NCBI GenBank assembly: GCA_029856105.1
Contig: JAHQWH010000015.1
Location: forward strand, 64,001 to 128,000
From: Promethearchaeia archaeon
GTDB lineage: Archaea > Asgardarchaeota > Lokiarchaeia > Sigyniarchaeales > SOKP01
Length of the DNA stretch: 64,000 nt
Direction of reading: 5' to 3'
Both the position numbers and the translations under genes were made by a program. Positions within the stretch are counted from its first letter, which is position 1. The number at the start of each line of letters is the position of its first letter. Below are positions 11,136 to 21,527 of the stretch, piece after piece. The notes under the pieces were generated by a model that did no database searches, had not been told where the DNA came from, and worked only from the letters and a program-made list of their open reading frames with translations.

Positions 11136-11567
11136 TTACTTTGATTTCAGGGCTATAACTGCAGAACCTTGAGTAGTAATTCTTTCGTCTTGAGTTTCGC
11201 TTAGAACGCTAATTTCGACCAGATTTTCGTCGTTTTCAGAGTATTTTTTCAATATCTTTCCCTTTAATGTTAAAGTATCGTTCTCATTTGTCATACCAGC
11301 AAATCTTATTTTGTAGTCTTTTAACACGCCCCCCTTTGCCCAATCAGTAATGTAGGATCCGACTATTGACATAACAAGCATTCCATGGGCGATACATCCA
11401 GGTAGTTTTGCTACTTTCGCAAACCCCTCGTCGTAATGAATTTTATTATAATCTCCAGATGCTGATGCGTAATCTATTAATTGTTGTCGAACAATTGGTC
11501 CCCTTTTTGATGTAGGTAATTCCATTCCCGTTGATATATCTTCAAAAAACAATTCTTTTTTAGACAA
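11136..11567 (-). CDS. MaoC-type (R)-specific enoyl-CoA hydratase, catalytic subunit
   Basis: Hydratase-2 motif YASASGDYNKIHYD and IAHGM. Confidence 0.88.
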   Translation of the reverse strand: MSKKELFFEDISTGMELPTSKRGPIVRQQLIDYASASGDYNKIHYDEGFAKVAKLPGCIAHGMLVMSIVGSYITDWAKGGVLKDYKIRFAGMTNENDTLTLKGKILKKYSENDENLVEISVLSETQDERITTQGSAVIALKSK

Positions 11568-11588
11568 TTTTCAAATCACCTTTTAAAT

Positions 11589-12029
11589 TTAATGGAACAC
11601 GATTAACGAAATGATTAAATCAAAAACTTTTTCGCCAGTTTCCTTGTTTTTTCCACTTGTGACTGCCGTGATTAAATCCATTTTACCTCTTTTTCCTTCC
11701 TTTTCTACAATATTTTCGACTTTGGTTTGATATGTAATGGTATCTCCGGCACAACCTTGAGAGTAATACTTAATTTCTCTGCCACCATCTAATAATTTTC
11801 TAAAATCTATCCCCAAAGTTGAAAAAAAATTATTATCTGAGAAGGTCATTCTCGTGTAAAATGTAGTAGGAACAGGTATGTCATTAAAACCTTGATTTTT
11901 GGCTTCATTGACATCGTAATAAATTGGGTTCGATTCCCTTATCGCGTTAGCAAAATGAGAGATTCGCCAACGAGTAATAACCATTTCCTTTGGTGCAAAT
12001 TCGTAGCCAATAAATTTTCTATCAATCAT
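11589..12029 (-). CDS. MaoC N-terminal-type hotdog protein (HadA-like partner subunit)
   Basis: FANAIRESNPIYYD, VPTTF, GDTIT. Adjacent to the catalytic MaoC gene. Confidence 0.82.
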   Translation of the reverse strand: MIDRKFIGYEFAPKEMVITRWRISHFANAIRESNPIYYDVNEAKNQGFNDIPVPTTFYTRMTFSDNNFFSTLGIDFRKLLDGGREIKYYSQGCAGDTITYQTKVENIVEKEGKRGKMDLITAVTSGKNKETGEKVFDLIISLIVFH

Positions 12030-12095
12030 GTAAATTCTTAGTTCTCATTTAATTTAAATTAATTTTAATATGTTTAGATGTTTTAAAGGTTTTAT

Positions 12096-12575
12096 TTATA
12101 AACCCGCTAAAAAATCTTTAACTTCTTCAACATGTCCTTTCACTCGAACTTTTGGCCACATATGAGAAATTTTACCTTCCGGATTTACTAAATAAGTGCT
12201 TCGAGTAACTCCCATATAAGTCTTACCTCGATAAGCTTTTGATCCCCACGCTCCATATTTTTTTAATATTTCTTTTTCCACATCACTTAATAAAATAACT
12301 TTCAGATTCTTTTTTTCAATAAATTTAGCGTGAGATTCGGGACTATCAGGGCTTATACCAATAACCTCTGCGTTTAGTTTTTGAAATTCGGGTAAAATTC
12401 CTGTAAAACCAATTGCCTCAATTGTGCAGCCGGGAGTATTATCTTTAGGATAAAAATATACGATAACATATTTACCTTTGAAATCTTTTAGACACCATTC
12501 CTTGTTATCTTTGTCTGGAAGACAAAATTCGGGAGCAGCATCTCCAACCTTTAATATAACTTTTTTCTCGTTCAT
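12096..12575 (-). CDS. bcp: Peroxiredoxin, BCP/PrxQ family
   Basis: YFYPKDNTPGCTIEA, GISPD, RSTYLV. Confidence 0.93.
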   Translation of the reverse strand: MNEKKVILKVGDAAPEFCLPDKDNKEWCLKDFKGKYVIVYFYPKDNTPGCTIEAIGFTGILPEFQKLNAEVIGISPDSPESHAKFIEKKNLKVILLSDVEKEILKKYGAWGSKAYRGKTYMGVTRSTYLVNPEGKISHMWPKVRVKGHVEEVKDFLAGL

Positions 12576-12755
12576 AATGATTCTCCTCTTGAAGATTTTG
12601 GATTTTATTTTTATTGTTATTATAGAATTTTATGAAAAGAATTTCAATCTTCAGATTATCAATTATAAAAGTTTTAGATACATTTTATTAATTAATAGTA
12701 TTACAAAATTCGAAAATTAATAAAATATAAATTTAATAACACCGTGAGTTAAGAT

Positions 12756-13376
12756 ATGGAAAAAAAAAGTTTAGGACTATTCTTAGTTGTTCTGGGATTT
12801 ATCTTTCTTGGCATTGCTGTGGTTACGATTTGGAGTATGTTTTTCGGCTTTGATGCAACTAAAGGGTTATACATCATTTTAGCAATTCCCTTAATGGTTT
12901 TTAGTGTAACCACTATATTTTTCGGGTTTTATTTAATAACACGAGTTAATTTAGGTTTAAAGACTAAAGGATTAATCTTATTAGTTGATGGGCTAATTCC
13001 AATAATTGCTTCCGTGTATGCTATGTTAGATCCCCGACTTAGCGTGATTAATGACATACGAATTCTGGTATTACTACCTTTAACGCTAGTAGGCATATTT
13101 ATTGTAGTTTATAGCGTTTTTCTATTAACTGCTGATGTATATATAGACGGAATTAAAACCAGAAAAAGAGCAAACAAGATATTAGGAATAATTTCCATTG
13201 CTATAGGACTTGCTAATATAGCTGCGTTTATTGTATTAATATCAATCTCTGGGGAACAACCAGTTATTTTATCGGTATTTTGGTTATTAATTGGGGTGAT
13301 TTCGATTTATTTTGGCGTTCATTTATTTATCAAGAAAGTCGAAGAGAAACAAAAGTATACAAAAAGAAAAAGATAA
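12756..13376 (+). CDS. Hypothetical membrane protein (~6 TM)
   Basis: Six hydrophobic segments and a basic C-terminus. Confidence 0.75.
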   Translation: MEKKSLGLFLVVLGFIFLGIAVVTIWSMFFGFDATKGLYIILAIPLMVFSVTTIFFGFYLITRVNLGLKTKGLILLVDGLIPIIASVYAMLDPRLSVINDIRILVLLPLTLVGIFIVVYSVFLLTADVYIDGIKTRKRANKILGIISIAIGLANIAAFIVLISISGEQPVILSVFWLLIGVISIYFGVHLFIKKVEEKQKYTKRKR

Positions 13377-13418
13377 AAGAAATATAAAAAAATATATTAT
13401 TTATTTTTAACATTCTAA

Positions 13419-14909
13419 TTAAGGATCGTTCCTAAAGGGATGACGCGCATTTTCAGCGTTTTGAATACCGTCATCTACCGTTGGTAACCCTTCCATAGCC
13501 TTTCGAATGGCGTTTCTTGTAGCTTTATAGTTATTAATAAATACGCGTTTTCGAGCGCTCGCGCTAGGATGTACAAATACATTTACAATTATTACGATAT
13601 CCTCTGCGGCTTCTTTAGGAAGAATTCCATCCTCTACGCATTTCATTACCGCTTTTGCTACTGCTGCTTGAGCAGGACCATAAGTTAAACTTGCGTGGCG
13701 CATGGAAGTTATTTTAACAGTAGGGATCATAACTGTCGCAGGTTTGACTTGCATGTTTGGTTCGAGAATCACCTGTAACCCTTCACGCCCTTTCGCGGGA
13801 TGTGTTAAAGCACGAGCATAAGCATCACCTACGGGTCCCTTCTTATTTCCTATTAAAAGATCAATATGTGCTAACTCTGCTCTACTGCCAACGAGCGATT
13901 CACCAACTTTTAAGCTGAAATCAGAGATTTTTTCAGGTGTAACACCCACTGCGTAAAAACGGCTCGTTAATTCTTTATCATCTATCTCGAACTTAACTTC
14001 TTTCTTTTCGATATATCCTAACTTTTCAAGTTCAACTCTAAATTCGTCTTGGAGTTCGTAGGAAAGAGCGTCTCCTAAAATGATCGGGCGTCTAGTTGTG
14101 CCTACTGGAACGCCCATCAAATTCAAGCACTCTTTGGCACCTAAAGCTCCAGAATTGATTAGCATTCGAGCTAACTTTTGTACTTTTTTTTGTAGAGTCT
14201 GTGCTTCAAGTAACCGATTGTTTTTTACATGGTCGTAAATTTCGAGCCATACTTTAGGAATAACATTAGCAGAACCAAGTATGCAACCCGCAGCACCACC
14301 AGCTAAAGCACCTAATACATTTTCGTCCCACCCTATTAGAACGGAAATTTTATCACTTACTTTCTCTAAAAGCGCAGAGAAATATTTGTAGTCACCGCTA
14401 GAATCCTTTATCGCAACGAAATTATCAGTATCAACAAGATCTTCTACAACAGTCCAAGGTAATTCTACCCCCGTACAGACGGGAATATTGTACAACACCA
14501 ACGGTATATCGGTTTTTTCTGCGATCCTAAAATAATGGTCATACAACCCTTTTGCCTTAGGTTTGAGATAATAGGGTGTTACGATTATAGCCGCGTCTGC
14601 ACCGATGTCCGTTGCAGCTTTAGTAGCATCAATTACCAATTTTGTTCCAGTTTCTCCAGTCCCAGCAATTACAGGAACTCTACCATTCGTTTCATCGACG
14701 ACTATTTCTATAACTTTCAAACGTTCCTCAAAAGTCATGTTAACGAACTCTCCAGTCGTTCCTACCGGAACAAGGCCCGTAACTCCTTGATCTATGAGAT
14801 GGTTTACTAAATTTCTAAGGTTTTCTTCGTTAATTGATTCATCTTCTTTATTAAAAGGAGTTACTAATGCGGGCATAACTCCTGTTGGTCTAAAATCAAA
14901 TTTTCCCAT
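13419..14909 (-). CDS. DapA/NAL-family class I aldolase fused to a C-terminal formaldehyde-activating enzyme (Fae) domain
   Basis: N-terminal part: ALVTPF, GTTGEF, LYNIP, IKDSSGD. C-terminal part: VGESLVG, AHIDLLIG, KPATV, GPAQAAVAKAV, VFVHP, NYKAT and terminal HPF, as in Fae. ATG at 14909 follows a GAGGT RBS. Confidence 0.88.
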   Translation of the reverse strand: MGKFDFRPTGVMPALVTPFNKEDESINEENLRNLVNHLIDQGVTGLVPVGTTGEFVNMTFEERLKVIEIVVDETNGRVPVIAGTGETGTKLVIDATKAATDIGADAAIIVTPYYLKPKAKGLYDHYFRIAEKTDIPLVLYNIPVCTGVELPWTVVEDLVDTDNFVAIKDSSGDYKYFSALLEKVSDKISVLIGWDENVLGALAGGAAGCILGSANVIPKVWLEIYDHVKNNRLLEAQTLQKKVQKLARMLINSGALGAKECLNLMGVPVGTTRRPIILGDALSYELQDEFRVELEKLGYIEKKEVKFEIDDKELTSRFYAVGVTPEKISDFSLKVGESLVGSRAELAHIDLLIGNKKGPVGDAYARALTHPAKGREGLQVILEPNMQVKPATVMIPTVKITSMRHASLTYGPAQAAVAKAVMKCVEDGILPKEAAEDIVIIVNVFVHPSASARKRVFINNYKATRNAIRKAMEGLPTVDDGIQNAENARHPFRNDP

Positions 14910-14943
14910 TTTAATTAACCTCAATTTTTATTATCATCATCAT

Positions 14944-16236
14944 CTAACGATGATGTAAATTTTTAGCAGCTATAAATGTAAGTCCCTTTTTGGTTAAAGC
15001 TTCAGCTGTAGTATTAATAGCTTCATATCGGTCGAGAAGGTTTACGCGTAATGCTTCCCATATTCCCGCTTCTTCAATAGCCTCCTTAGTCATGAAATAT
15101 TCAAGAATATCCGTAGGATGTTCCCGTTTTTCGTCAACATCAACATTTGCTCCCTCATGTTTCGCACTTACATTCTTAACTTTCTTAGCTAATTCCATTA
15201 ATTCGTCTCGGCGGTCATAAGGCTGCCTTACAATACTTTTCCATGTTTCAGTTATATGGTGTTCTATTCGTACTACATCTTCAAAGCCAAATTCTTTTCT
15301 TATATAGGCAGTTACTTCAATAGTTTCGTTATTAACTGAATTGGCAAGGTTAAAGCCAATCAAGGGGCTAGTTCCATCTTCACGGGCAAACAATTTGGCA
15401 GTCATTAACGTCCATAGACAAGCGTAAGGATTATCGTTTCCTAAATAGACTGAAATTTTAAACTCATTATTAATACCAAGTTTATGGATGATATAGCCCA
15501 ATAAAACGGTACCAAGATTCACATTAAGAACTTGTTGGATTCCGTAGTTAGTATAATAATAAAGATATTCATCAAACCATTTTAATGGAAAGTTGTTTGG
15601 CATTCCAACGCCTCCAAAATAGCCAGTAATAGTTTCAGGTCCACCAAGATGTACATTTACAGGCATACCATCTGGACCAGGGGCAGTTCCCTTAGTGTCA
15701 AGAGTTTCGACCCAGGTCGAACCAATAATTTGCATTGCCGCAGCCATAGCTAGTAAATCCCCGTCTTCTTCCTGTTCTTTCATGTATCTCACGCGAATAA
15801 TTCTACCAGGTATTATCTTTTGATTTTCAACGGCGTCTCTTACCATATCCATCAAGAAAGGAAAGTATTGACACGCAGAAAGTTCTAATGTTATAGCATA
15901 GTCTTCGTCGAAAGTCATTTCAGATGTTTTGTCACCTAAAATCTTTTTTCTATAATCTGCTATGCTAATAAAAGAATTATTGTCGCGTTGAGAAATTAAC
16001 CACTCAATATCCTTAACATATTCTGGCTTTTTCTTTTTTAACTTTTCGAGCAAGTTTTCTACTTTACTGGCCTCTTCTGCCTTTCTATTAATCTCTTCTA
16101 TTCCGCCATATTTATCTACTATATCTAAAAGATCGTTTATCAATGGATTTTTTTCGTCCAATAAGAAATCGTTTATTACTTTTAATGCGTCGTCTGGAAT
16201 TTTCAATTTTTTTCTTAAATCGTTCATTTTTATCAT
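14944..16236 (-). CDS. Conserved hypothetical soluble protein (430 aa), upstream of and co-oriented with the aldolase-Fae gene
   Basis: Long intact ORF with enzyme-like stretches (ETLDTKG, NVHLGGPETITGYFGG, RIEHHITE, SAKHEG). Ends 34 nt before the next ATG. Confidence 0.8.
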   Translation of the reverse strand: MIKMNDLRKKLKIPDDALKVINDFLLDEKNPLINDLLDIVDKYGGIEEINRKAEEASKVENLLEKLKKKKPEYVKDIEWLISQRDNNSFISIADYRKKILGDKTSEMTFDEDYAITLELSACQYFPFLMDMVRDAVENQKIIPGRIIRVRYMKEQEEDGDLLAMAAAMQIIGSTWVETLDTKGTAPGPDGMPVNVHLGGPETITGYFGGVGMPNNFPLKWFDEYLYYYTNYGIQQVLNVNLGTVLLGYIIHKLGINNEFKISVYLGNDNPYACLWTLMTAKLFAREDGTSPLIGFNLANSVNNETIEVTAYIRKEFGFEDVVRIEHHITETWKSIVRQPYDRRDELMELAKKVKNVSAKHEGANVDVDEKREHPTDILEYFMTKEAIEEAGIWEALRVNLLDRYEAINTTAEALTKKGLTFIAAKNLHHR

Positions 16237-16435
16237 TTTCCTTATTTTTTTGTTAATATTTTATATATGAATTTTGAATTCTACCCAAAGAATTCCCATA
16301 ATTCCAACTTTCATTGGAAGAGATCATAAATTTAATACATTTCATTATATTATAAATTTATTTGTACAATTGCAAAAAGTTTTAACGATATCCAAAATTG
16401 ATAATTAAAAGAATTTAATTTCAAGAGTAAAGAAA

Positions 16436-17794
16436 ATGTATAAGTATAAAGTATCGATTTTAGGGACTGGATTTATCGGTTTATGTAGTGCTGCGTGTTT
16501 CGCTGGGAAAGATATACAAGTCTTAGCGTCCACTCATAACGAAAAGAAAGCTAAAATGATTAACGAAGGAAAGGCCCCCTTTTACGAAGCGGATTTACAA
16601 GAAATAATGGACGATATTAAAGCTAACAAACCAGAACTATTACACTGCTTGCTGGATCCCGTAAAAGCGGTGCTAGAAACGGATATTTCTATGATTACTC
16701 AAGGTACTCCCATGCGAGAAGATAAAAGCATAGACTTAGACTACATTGAGAGCACAGCTAGGGAAATAGGAGAGGCTTTAAAGCAAAAGGATAAATATCA
16801 CTTAGTTGTTGTAAGATCTACGGTAGTTCCAGGTACTACAAGGAATTTGATAGGAAAAATAATTACTGAGATATCTGGAAAAGTTCCTGGAAAAGATTTT
16901 GGCTTATGCATGCAACCCGAATTTTTAGCGGAGGGCCGTTCGATTGAAGATACACTTCACCCAGATAGGATCGTAATAGGTGAAATTGACGAAACGAGTG
17001 GCGCTATGCTCCAAGAGTTTTACGAATATTTCTATGGCGAACACTTACAAAATTGCCCTATTTTAAGAATGAATCTAGAAAGCGCTGAACTAGTTAAATA
17101 TGGCAACAACTGCCTTTTATCTACTAAAATCAGCTATGCAAATGAATTCGCGAATCTTGCTGAGTTAGTGCCAAATGTAGATGTAGCTCAAGTTATGAAA
17201 GGAGTAGGTTTAGATTACAGATTAAATTCTCGATTTTTAAATGCTGGAGTTGGTTTTGGAGGTTCTTGTTTTCATAAAGATGTGAACGCAATAAAAGCAT
17301 GGTCTAAATCAAAAGGATATACTTCAAGATTATTAGAAGCGGTTCTAGATATAAATGATGATCAAGCAATTCATATTGTAGATATTGCCGAGGAATTAGC
17401 AGGAAAATTAGAGGGTAAAAAAGTTACGCTATTAGGTCTTGCTTTCAAACCAGGTACAGATGATATGCGAGAAGCTGCTAGCATTAGAGTATTTAGCGAA
17501 TTAAGGAAAAGGGGAGTGACTGATATAATTGGATATGATCCTAAAGCTCTTAAAACTGCAGAAGAAGAATTAGGAAATAAAATTATATATGTTAATTCCA
17601 TCGAAGAAGCATTAAAAGACTCTGAATGCGCCTTATTAATAACAGAATGGGATGAGTTTAAAAATTTAAAACCTAAAGATTTCAAAACATATATGAAAAC
17701 GCCCAATTTAATTGATGGAAGAAGAATTTATGATTATGATCAATTCAATAAATCTATACCTTTCAGAGCAATTGGTAGAATAAATTTAGAATAA
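16436..17794 (+). CDS. ugd: UDP-glucose/GDP-mannose 6-dehydrogenase
   Basis: GTGFIG, RSTVVPGTT, PEFLAEG, GFGGSCFHKD, GLAFKPGTDDMRE. Confidence 0.93.
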   Translation: MYKYKVSILGTGFIGLCSAACFAGKDIQVLASTHNEKKAKMINEGKAPFYEADLQEIMDDIKANKPELLHCLLDPVKAVLETDISMITQGTPMREDKSIDLDYIESTAREIGEALKQKDKYHLVVVRSTVVPGTTRNLIGKIITEISGKVPGKDFGLCMQPEFLAEGRSIEDTLHPDRIVIGEIDETSGAMLQEFYEYFYGEHLQNCPILRMNLESAELVKYGNNCLLSTKISYANEFANLAELVPNVDVAQVMKGVGLDYRLNSRFLNAGVGFGGSCFHKDVNAIKAWSKSKGYTSRLLEAVLDINDDQAIHIVDIAEELAGKLEGKKVTLLGLAFKPGTDDMREAASIRVFSELRKRGVTDIIGYDPKALKTAEEELGNKIIYVNSIEEALKDSECALLITEWDEFKNLKPKDFKTYMKTPNLIDGRRIYDYDQFNKSIPFRAIGRINLE

Positions 17795-18036
17795 TCAATT
17801 TTTAATTTTTTCCATCTTAGTTTATTATCAATTAAAAAAAGCTTATATGAATTAATTAAAATCAACGATTTCTAAAGAGACGCCATAAAAAGTTGAAGCA
17901 AAGTATGATTAGAAAGAAAGGTAAAATTGGATCTGTTGGAAAAATAGTAAATCCAATTACAATTCCAACTGTAAAATACACGATACCGTAGTAGGTTATT
18001 TTATAAGTGATGTAATTAGAGATTTTAAGTTTCTTT

Positions 18037-18873
18037 TTAAGGTTTCAAAATCAAATTTATCTTTTCTAATCTTTTTTCTCTTGACATGCTGTTTTTTACT
18101 GGATTAAAACTCCCGTAAAGACTTTTATGATAAACTTCTCTTATTTCTTGGTAAAAAATTCCTATCGTAAAACGATGTGCCTGCCTAGCAATCTTTAAAA
18201 CCTCATCTTTCGACTTACCATTATTATCTATATATTCAATATTATCTTTAAATTCCTCCCATTTATGATAGGGCATGGCAGGTTGCAGGATTTCGATAAA
18301 GGAAAAGCCTTCATGCTCTATAGCTTTTACAAGAGTGTTCGTTAAATGTTTAACTTCACCAGCATAACATCTTGCCACGAATGTTGCTCCTACTTCAATA
18401 AGTAAAGATATGGGATTGAAAGGAATCTCAAAACTTCCCTTTGGAGTTGATGGGCCTTTCCAACCCTCTTGAGTTAAAGGAGAAAACTGACCTGTTGTGA
18501 GAGCATAGACTCCATTATTATGCAGTATCATAGTGATATCCATGTTGCGTTTTGCTGCAAAGAGAGTATGGGCTAACCCTTCTCCTAATCCACTCCCATC
18601 GCCAGAAAAAGTTATTACTTTTAAATTAGGATTAGAAATTTTGAATCCAGAAGCAGTGGTTATTTCTCTTCCATGCAATGAATAAATTCCACTTAAATTA
18701 AGATAATCAAACATTTTCGCATGGCACCCTATACCCGCTGTCATAACAATATTCTCTCTTTTGATCCCTCTTTGCTCTAATAGAGGAATTGCATTTCTTA
18801 TCGCAGTAAAAATTCCAAAATTTCCGCATCCTGGACACCATGTAACTTCAGCATAAGTTTTTAGATCTTCCAT
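18037..18873 (-). CDS. korB: 2-oxoacid:ferredoxin oxidoreductase beta subunit
   Basis: WCPGCG, GIGC and the TPP motif GDG...NNGVYALTTGQ. Start placed at ATG 18873, just after the alpha-subunit stop. Confidence 0.9.
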   Translation of the reverse strand: MEDLKTYAEVTWCPGCGNFGIFTAIRNAIPLLEQRGIKRENIVMTAGIGCHAKMFDYLNLSGIYSLHGREITTASGFKISNPNLKVITFSGDGSGLGEGLAHTLFAAKRNMDITMILHNNGVYALTTGQFSPLTQEGWKGPSTPKGSFEIPFNPISLLIEVGATFVARCYAGEVKHLTNTLVKAIEHEGFSFIEILQPAMPYHKWEEFKDNIEYIDNNGKSKDEVLKIARQAHRFTIGIFYQEIREVYHKSLYGSFNPVKNSMSREKRLEKINLILKP

Positions 18874-18874
18874 C

Positions 18875-20536
18875 TTATTGAAGCACCTCCTTAATCTTTT
18901 TTGATAATTCAATTGGATCAAATGGGCGTCCATCATACTTTTTAATCGTAGTTCTTATTTTTAACCTTGCTTTTTCTTTTAAAAGAGTTGTAAATTGTCC
19001 TGTAGAGCTTTGTTCAATTACTATATTATCTTGATTTTTAAATTCCGCTAATTCCCAAGTTGGTAATGGACTTAAAAATATTGGTTGAACGATTGTAGGG
19101 TTTAATCCCCCATACCTTAGAGCTTCTAAAACGCTCATGTAAGTCGAACCATACGCAAAAAGATTGGTGTTCATCTCTCCTCGAATAATATTAACAGTAT
19201 ATTGACTCTTTAAATATTCTACAAGCGCTTTAAGTTTTTTATTTCTCTTGTCATGCATTTTTGCTATCATCTCGGCATTCTCAGTCGTTACGCCAAATTC
19301 GTCGTGTTCGTAGCTATTCCACTTAATTACTTCTTTCGAGGGTGGAAATAACATTGGAGAAATTCCATCTTCAGCGTTATGATATCTTTTATAATTTTCC
19401 CCTTGATACATTTTAGGTTTTGCCCATTTTGCCTTATCTACATCGATATCAATTGTCATGCTACATTCTGATAAGTGTTTCTCTGTGAGCAGAATTCCTG
19501 GTGTTTGAAACTTCCAAACAAGATCTAGCATTTCCGCAGTTAAATAATAAGAGTCTTCTATCGTTCCCGGAGATGCTACTATTCGCAAAAAGTCACCGTG
19601 ACCAGCAGAAAGAGCAAAACTTAGATCAGCTTGTTCGGTATAAGTAGGTACCCCTGTAGCAGGTCCTGGTCTTTGTGATAAGACTATGAGAATAGGAGCT
19701 TCAGTAATCCCTGCTAAGGAAATACCTTCGGTCATAAGCGCGAAACCTCCACCACTGGTTCCAACCATTGATCTTGCCCCAGTAAATGTAGACCCAATTG
19801 CCATGTTAATTACAGCAAGTTCGCTTTCAGCATGAACAACTGCTAACCCAAAGTTTTCTGTTTGCTTTGCTAAAAAGTGCAATATTGAAGATGCTGGCGT
19901 CATAGGATATCCAAAATACGTATCTAAACCGCCAGCTATAGCTCCCAGACTTATTGATTCGTTTCCTGTAATAATTGGTCTTACTTTTTCTCCTTTAGTT
20001 AATAAAAATTTACCTTGACACCCGCCTTTTACCATATCGTAGATGGTATTTGCAAATTTAACGTTATCTTCGATACCTCTTGGATATTGATTCTTTATAC
20101 TTTCATTCATTTGCTCTTTTTTGAATCCTATTGCTGATGCTAAGATTGCTACAGCCCCTACACCGTACATCAGGTTTTTCATGGGATATTTTTCAGCTTC
20201 TGAACTGAATGGAATTCCAACGCCATCAACATCTTCTAGTTCGTCTGAGTTATAGATAATAAGTCCTCCATCAGCTAGATCGTTAATGTGAGTTTCGCAA
20301 CTTCGCTTATCAAAGTTAACTAGAAGATCCGCTTTCATGTAATAGCTACTAATCCATCTAGTGGAAGTGCTAACTATAGAAAAATTGTGTCCTCCTCTAA
20401 TTAGGCTCATATAATCGTCCATTTGAAATACACGCTGTCCTATACTAGCAAATATATGAGCTGCCACAGATCCAGCTTTTTTTACGCCTTCTCCCGCCTT
20501 TCCTCCAACCAGAAACGTAAAGATGTCATTAACCAT
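18875..20536 (-). CDS. korA: 2-oxoacid:ferredoxin oxidoreductase alpha subunit (gamma-alpha fusion)
   Basis: GGKAGEG, IRGGHN, GYPMTPAS, TSGGGFALM, QRPGPATG. Confidence 0.92.
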   Translation of the reverse strand: MVNDIFTFLVGGKAGEGVKKAGSVAAHIFASIGQRVFQMDDYMSLIRGGHNFSIVSTSTRWISSYYMKADLLVNFDKRSCETHINDLADGGLIIYNSDELEDVDGVGIPFSSEAEKYPMKNLMYGVGAVAILASAIGFKKEQMNESIKNQYPRGIEDNVKFANTIYDMVKGGCQGKFLLTKGEKVRPIITGNESISLGAIAGGLDTYFGYPMTPASSILHFLAKQTENFGLAVVHAESELAVINMAIGSTFTGARSMVGTSGGGFALMTEGISLAGITEAPILIVLSQRPGPATGVPTYTEQADLSFALSAGHGDFLRIVASPGTIEDSYYLTAEMLDLVWKFQTPGILLTEKHLSECSMTIDIDVDKAKWAKPKMYQGENYKRYHNAEDGISPMLFPPSKEVIKWNSYEHDEFGVTTENAEMIAKMHDKRNKKLKALVEYLKSQYTVNIIRGEMNTNLFAYGSTYMSVLEALRYGGLNPTIVQPIFLSPLPTWELAEFKNQDNIVIEQSSTGQFTTLLKEKARLKIRTTIKKYDGRPFDPIELSKKIKEVLQ

Positions 20537-20837
20537 TATTAATATACCTTAAATTAATCTATCAAATAAAAATTTTAAAATCTATATTATATTTACTCTT
20601 TTCGAGTAATATTTAAAAATATGCCTTATAAGTTCTTAAAATAAGGGTTTATTTTTTTTAATATCTGAGAAGGTTTTAAAGTTATAATGATATAAATTCT
20701 TATTAAGCTGACTTGATAATTTATATCCTAAATTTTTTAAAATAATCTACTTTCTAAAAATTAATTTTATATCATAATTTTTATAGACTATAAACTTATT
20801 AACTAATTTATCTCAAAAATTATATTATTGAATAACA

Positions 20838-21260
20838 ATGACCGAAAGCGAATTTAATCCGTTCATTTTAGGTATATGTTGTAATTGGTGTACATACGCT
20901 GGCGCTGACCAAGCTGGAACATCTCGCATGCAACGACCCGCAAATTTAAGGATTATGCGCGTAATGTGCGGAGGAAGAGTAGAACCACATTTTGTCTTGG
21001 ACGCACTTAGAAATGGAGCAGATGGCGTATTAGTGTCTCATTGTCATCCAGGCGACTGTCATTACGTTGAGGGAAACTTAAAAACAATGAGAAAAATTCC
21101 AATGCTTCATTTGTATTTAAAACAGTTCGGTATTAACCCTAAACGAGTTAAGTACACGTTCGTTTCTGCTTCAGAAGGTGCAGAGCTGACCGAAATTGTT
21201 GAAGAATTTGTCCACGAATTAAAAGAATTAGGACCTAATCCTATGAAAAAGGAGGCATAA
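20838..21260 (+). CDS. mvhD: MvhD/FlpD [2Fe-2S] subunit
   Basis: CCNWCTYAGAD, RVMCGGRV, GADGV, CHPGDCHY, SASEG. Confidence 0.93.
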   Translation: MTESEFNPFILGICCNWCTYAGADQAGTSRMQRPANLRIMRVMCGGRVEPHFVLDALRNGADGVLVSHCHPGDCHYVEGNLKTMRKIPMLHLYLKQFGINPKRVKYTFVSASEGAELTEIVEEFVHELKELGPNPMKKEA

Positions 21261-21264
21261 AACT

Positions 21265-21522
21265 ATGCAAATTTACGAATTAAAAATTAATAGAAATACT
21301 TGCACTGGTTGCAATGCGTGTGTTGTATCTTGTCCAATTAACTTTAACCAATTGAGGAAACAAAGTTATTTGAACGAAGAAAATGCAGTTATATTAGTTA
21401 AAAATGGTATTGCGGTACCAATTTACAATGGAGAAAGAAGTGTTAATTGCGACGGCTGTGGAGTATGCGTAAAAATGTGTCCTCAAGTTGCAATCAGAAT
21501 TGAAGTTATGGAGGGAGTTTAA
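21265..21522 (+). CDS. 2x[4Fe-4S] ferredoxin, FwdG-like
   Basis: CTGCNACVVSCP and CDGCGVCVKMCP, located in the fwd operon. Confidence 0.85.
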   Translation: MQIYELKINRNTCTGCNACVVSCPINFNQLRKQSYLNEENAVILVKNGIAVPIYNGERSVNCDGCGVCVKMCPQVAIRIEVMEGV

Positions 21523-21527
21523 AAAAA

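Noticed and set aside
13419-14909. Calling the aldolase domain dapA (lysine biosynthesis)
   Set aside because: It lacks the DHDPS-specific Arg, has no dapB/asd neighbours and is fused to Fae.
17862-18030. Hydrophobic reading frame (ITYYGIVYFTVGIVIGF...WRLFRNR) downstream of korB on the - strand
   Set aside because: No ATG or RBS, and hydrophobic frames arise easily in T-rich DNA.
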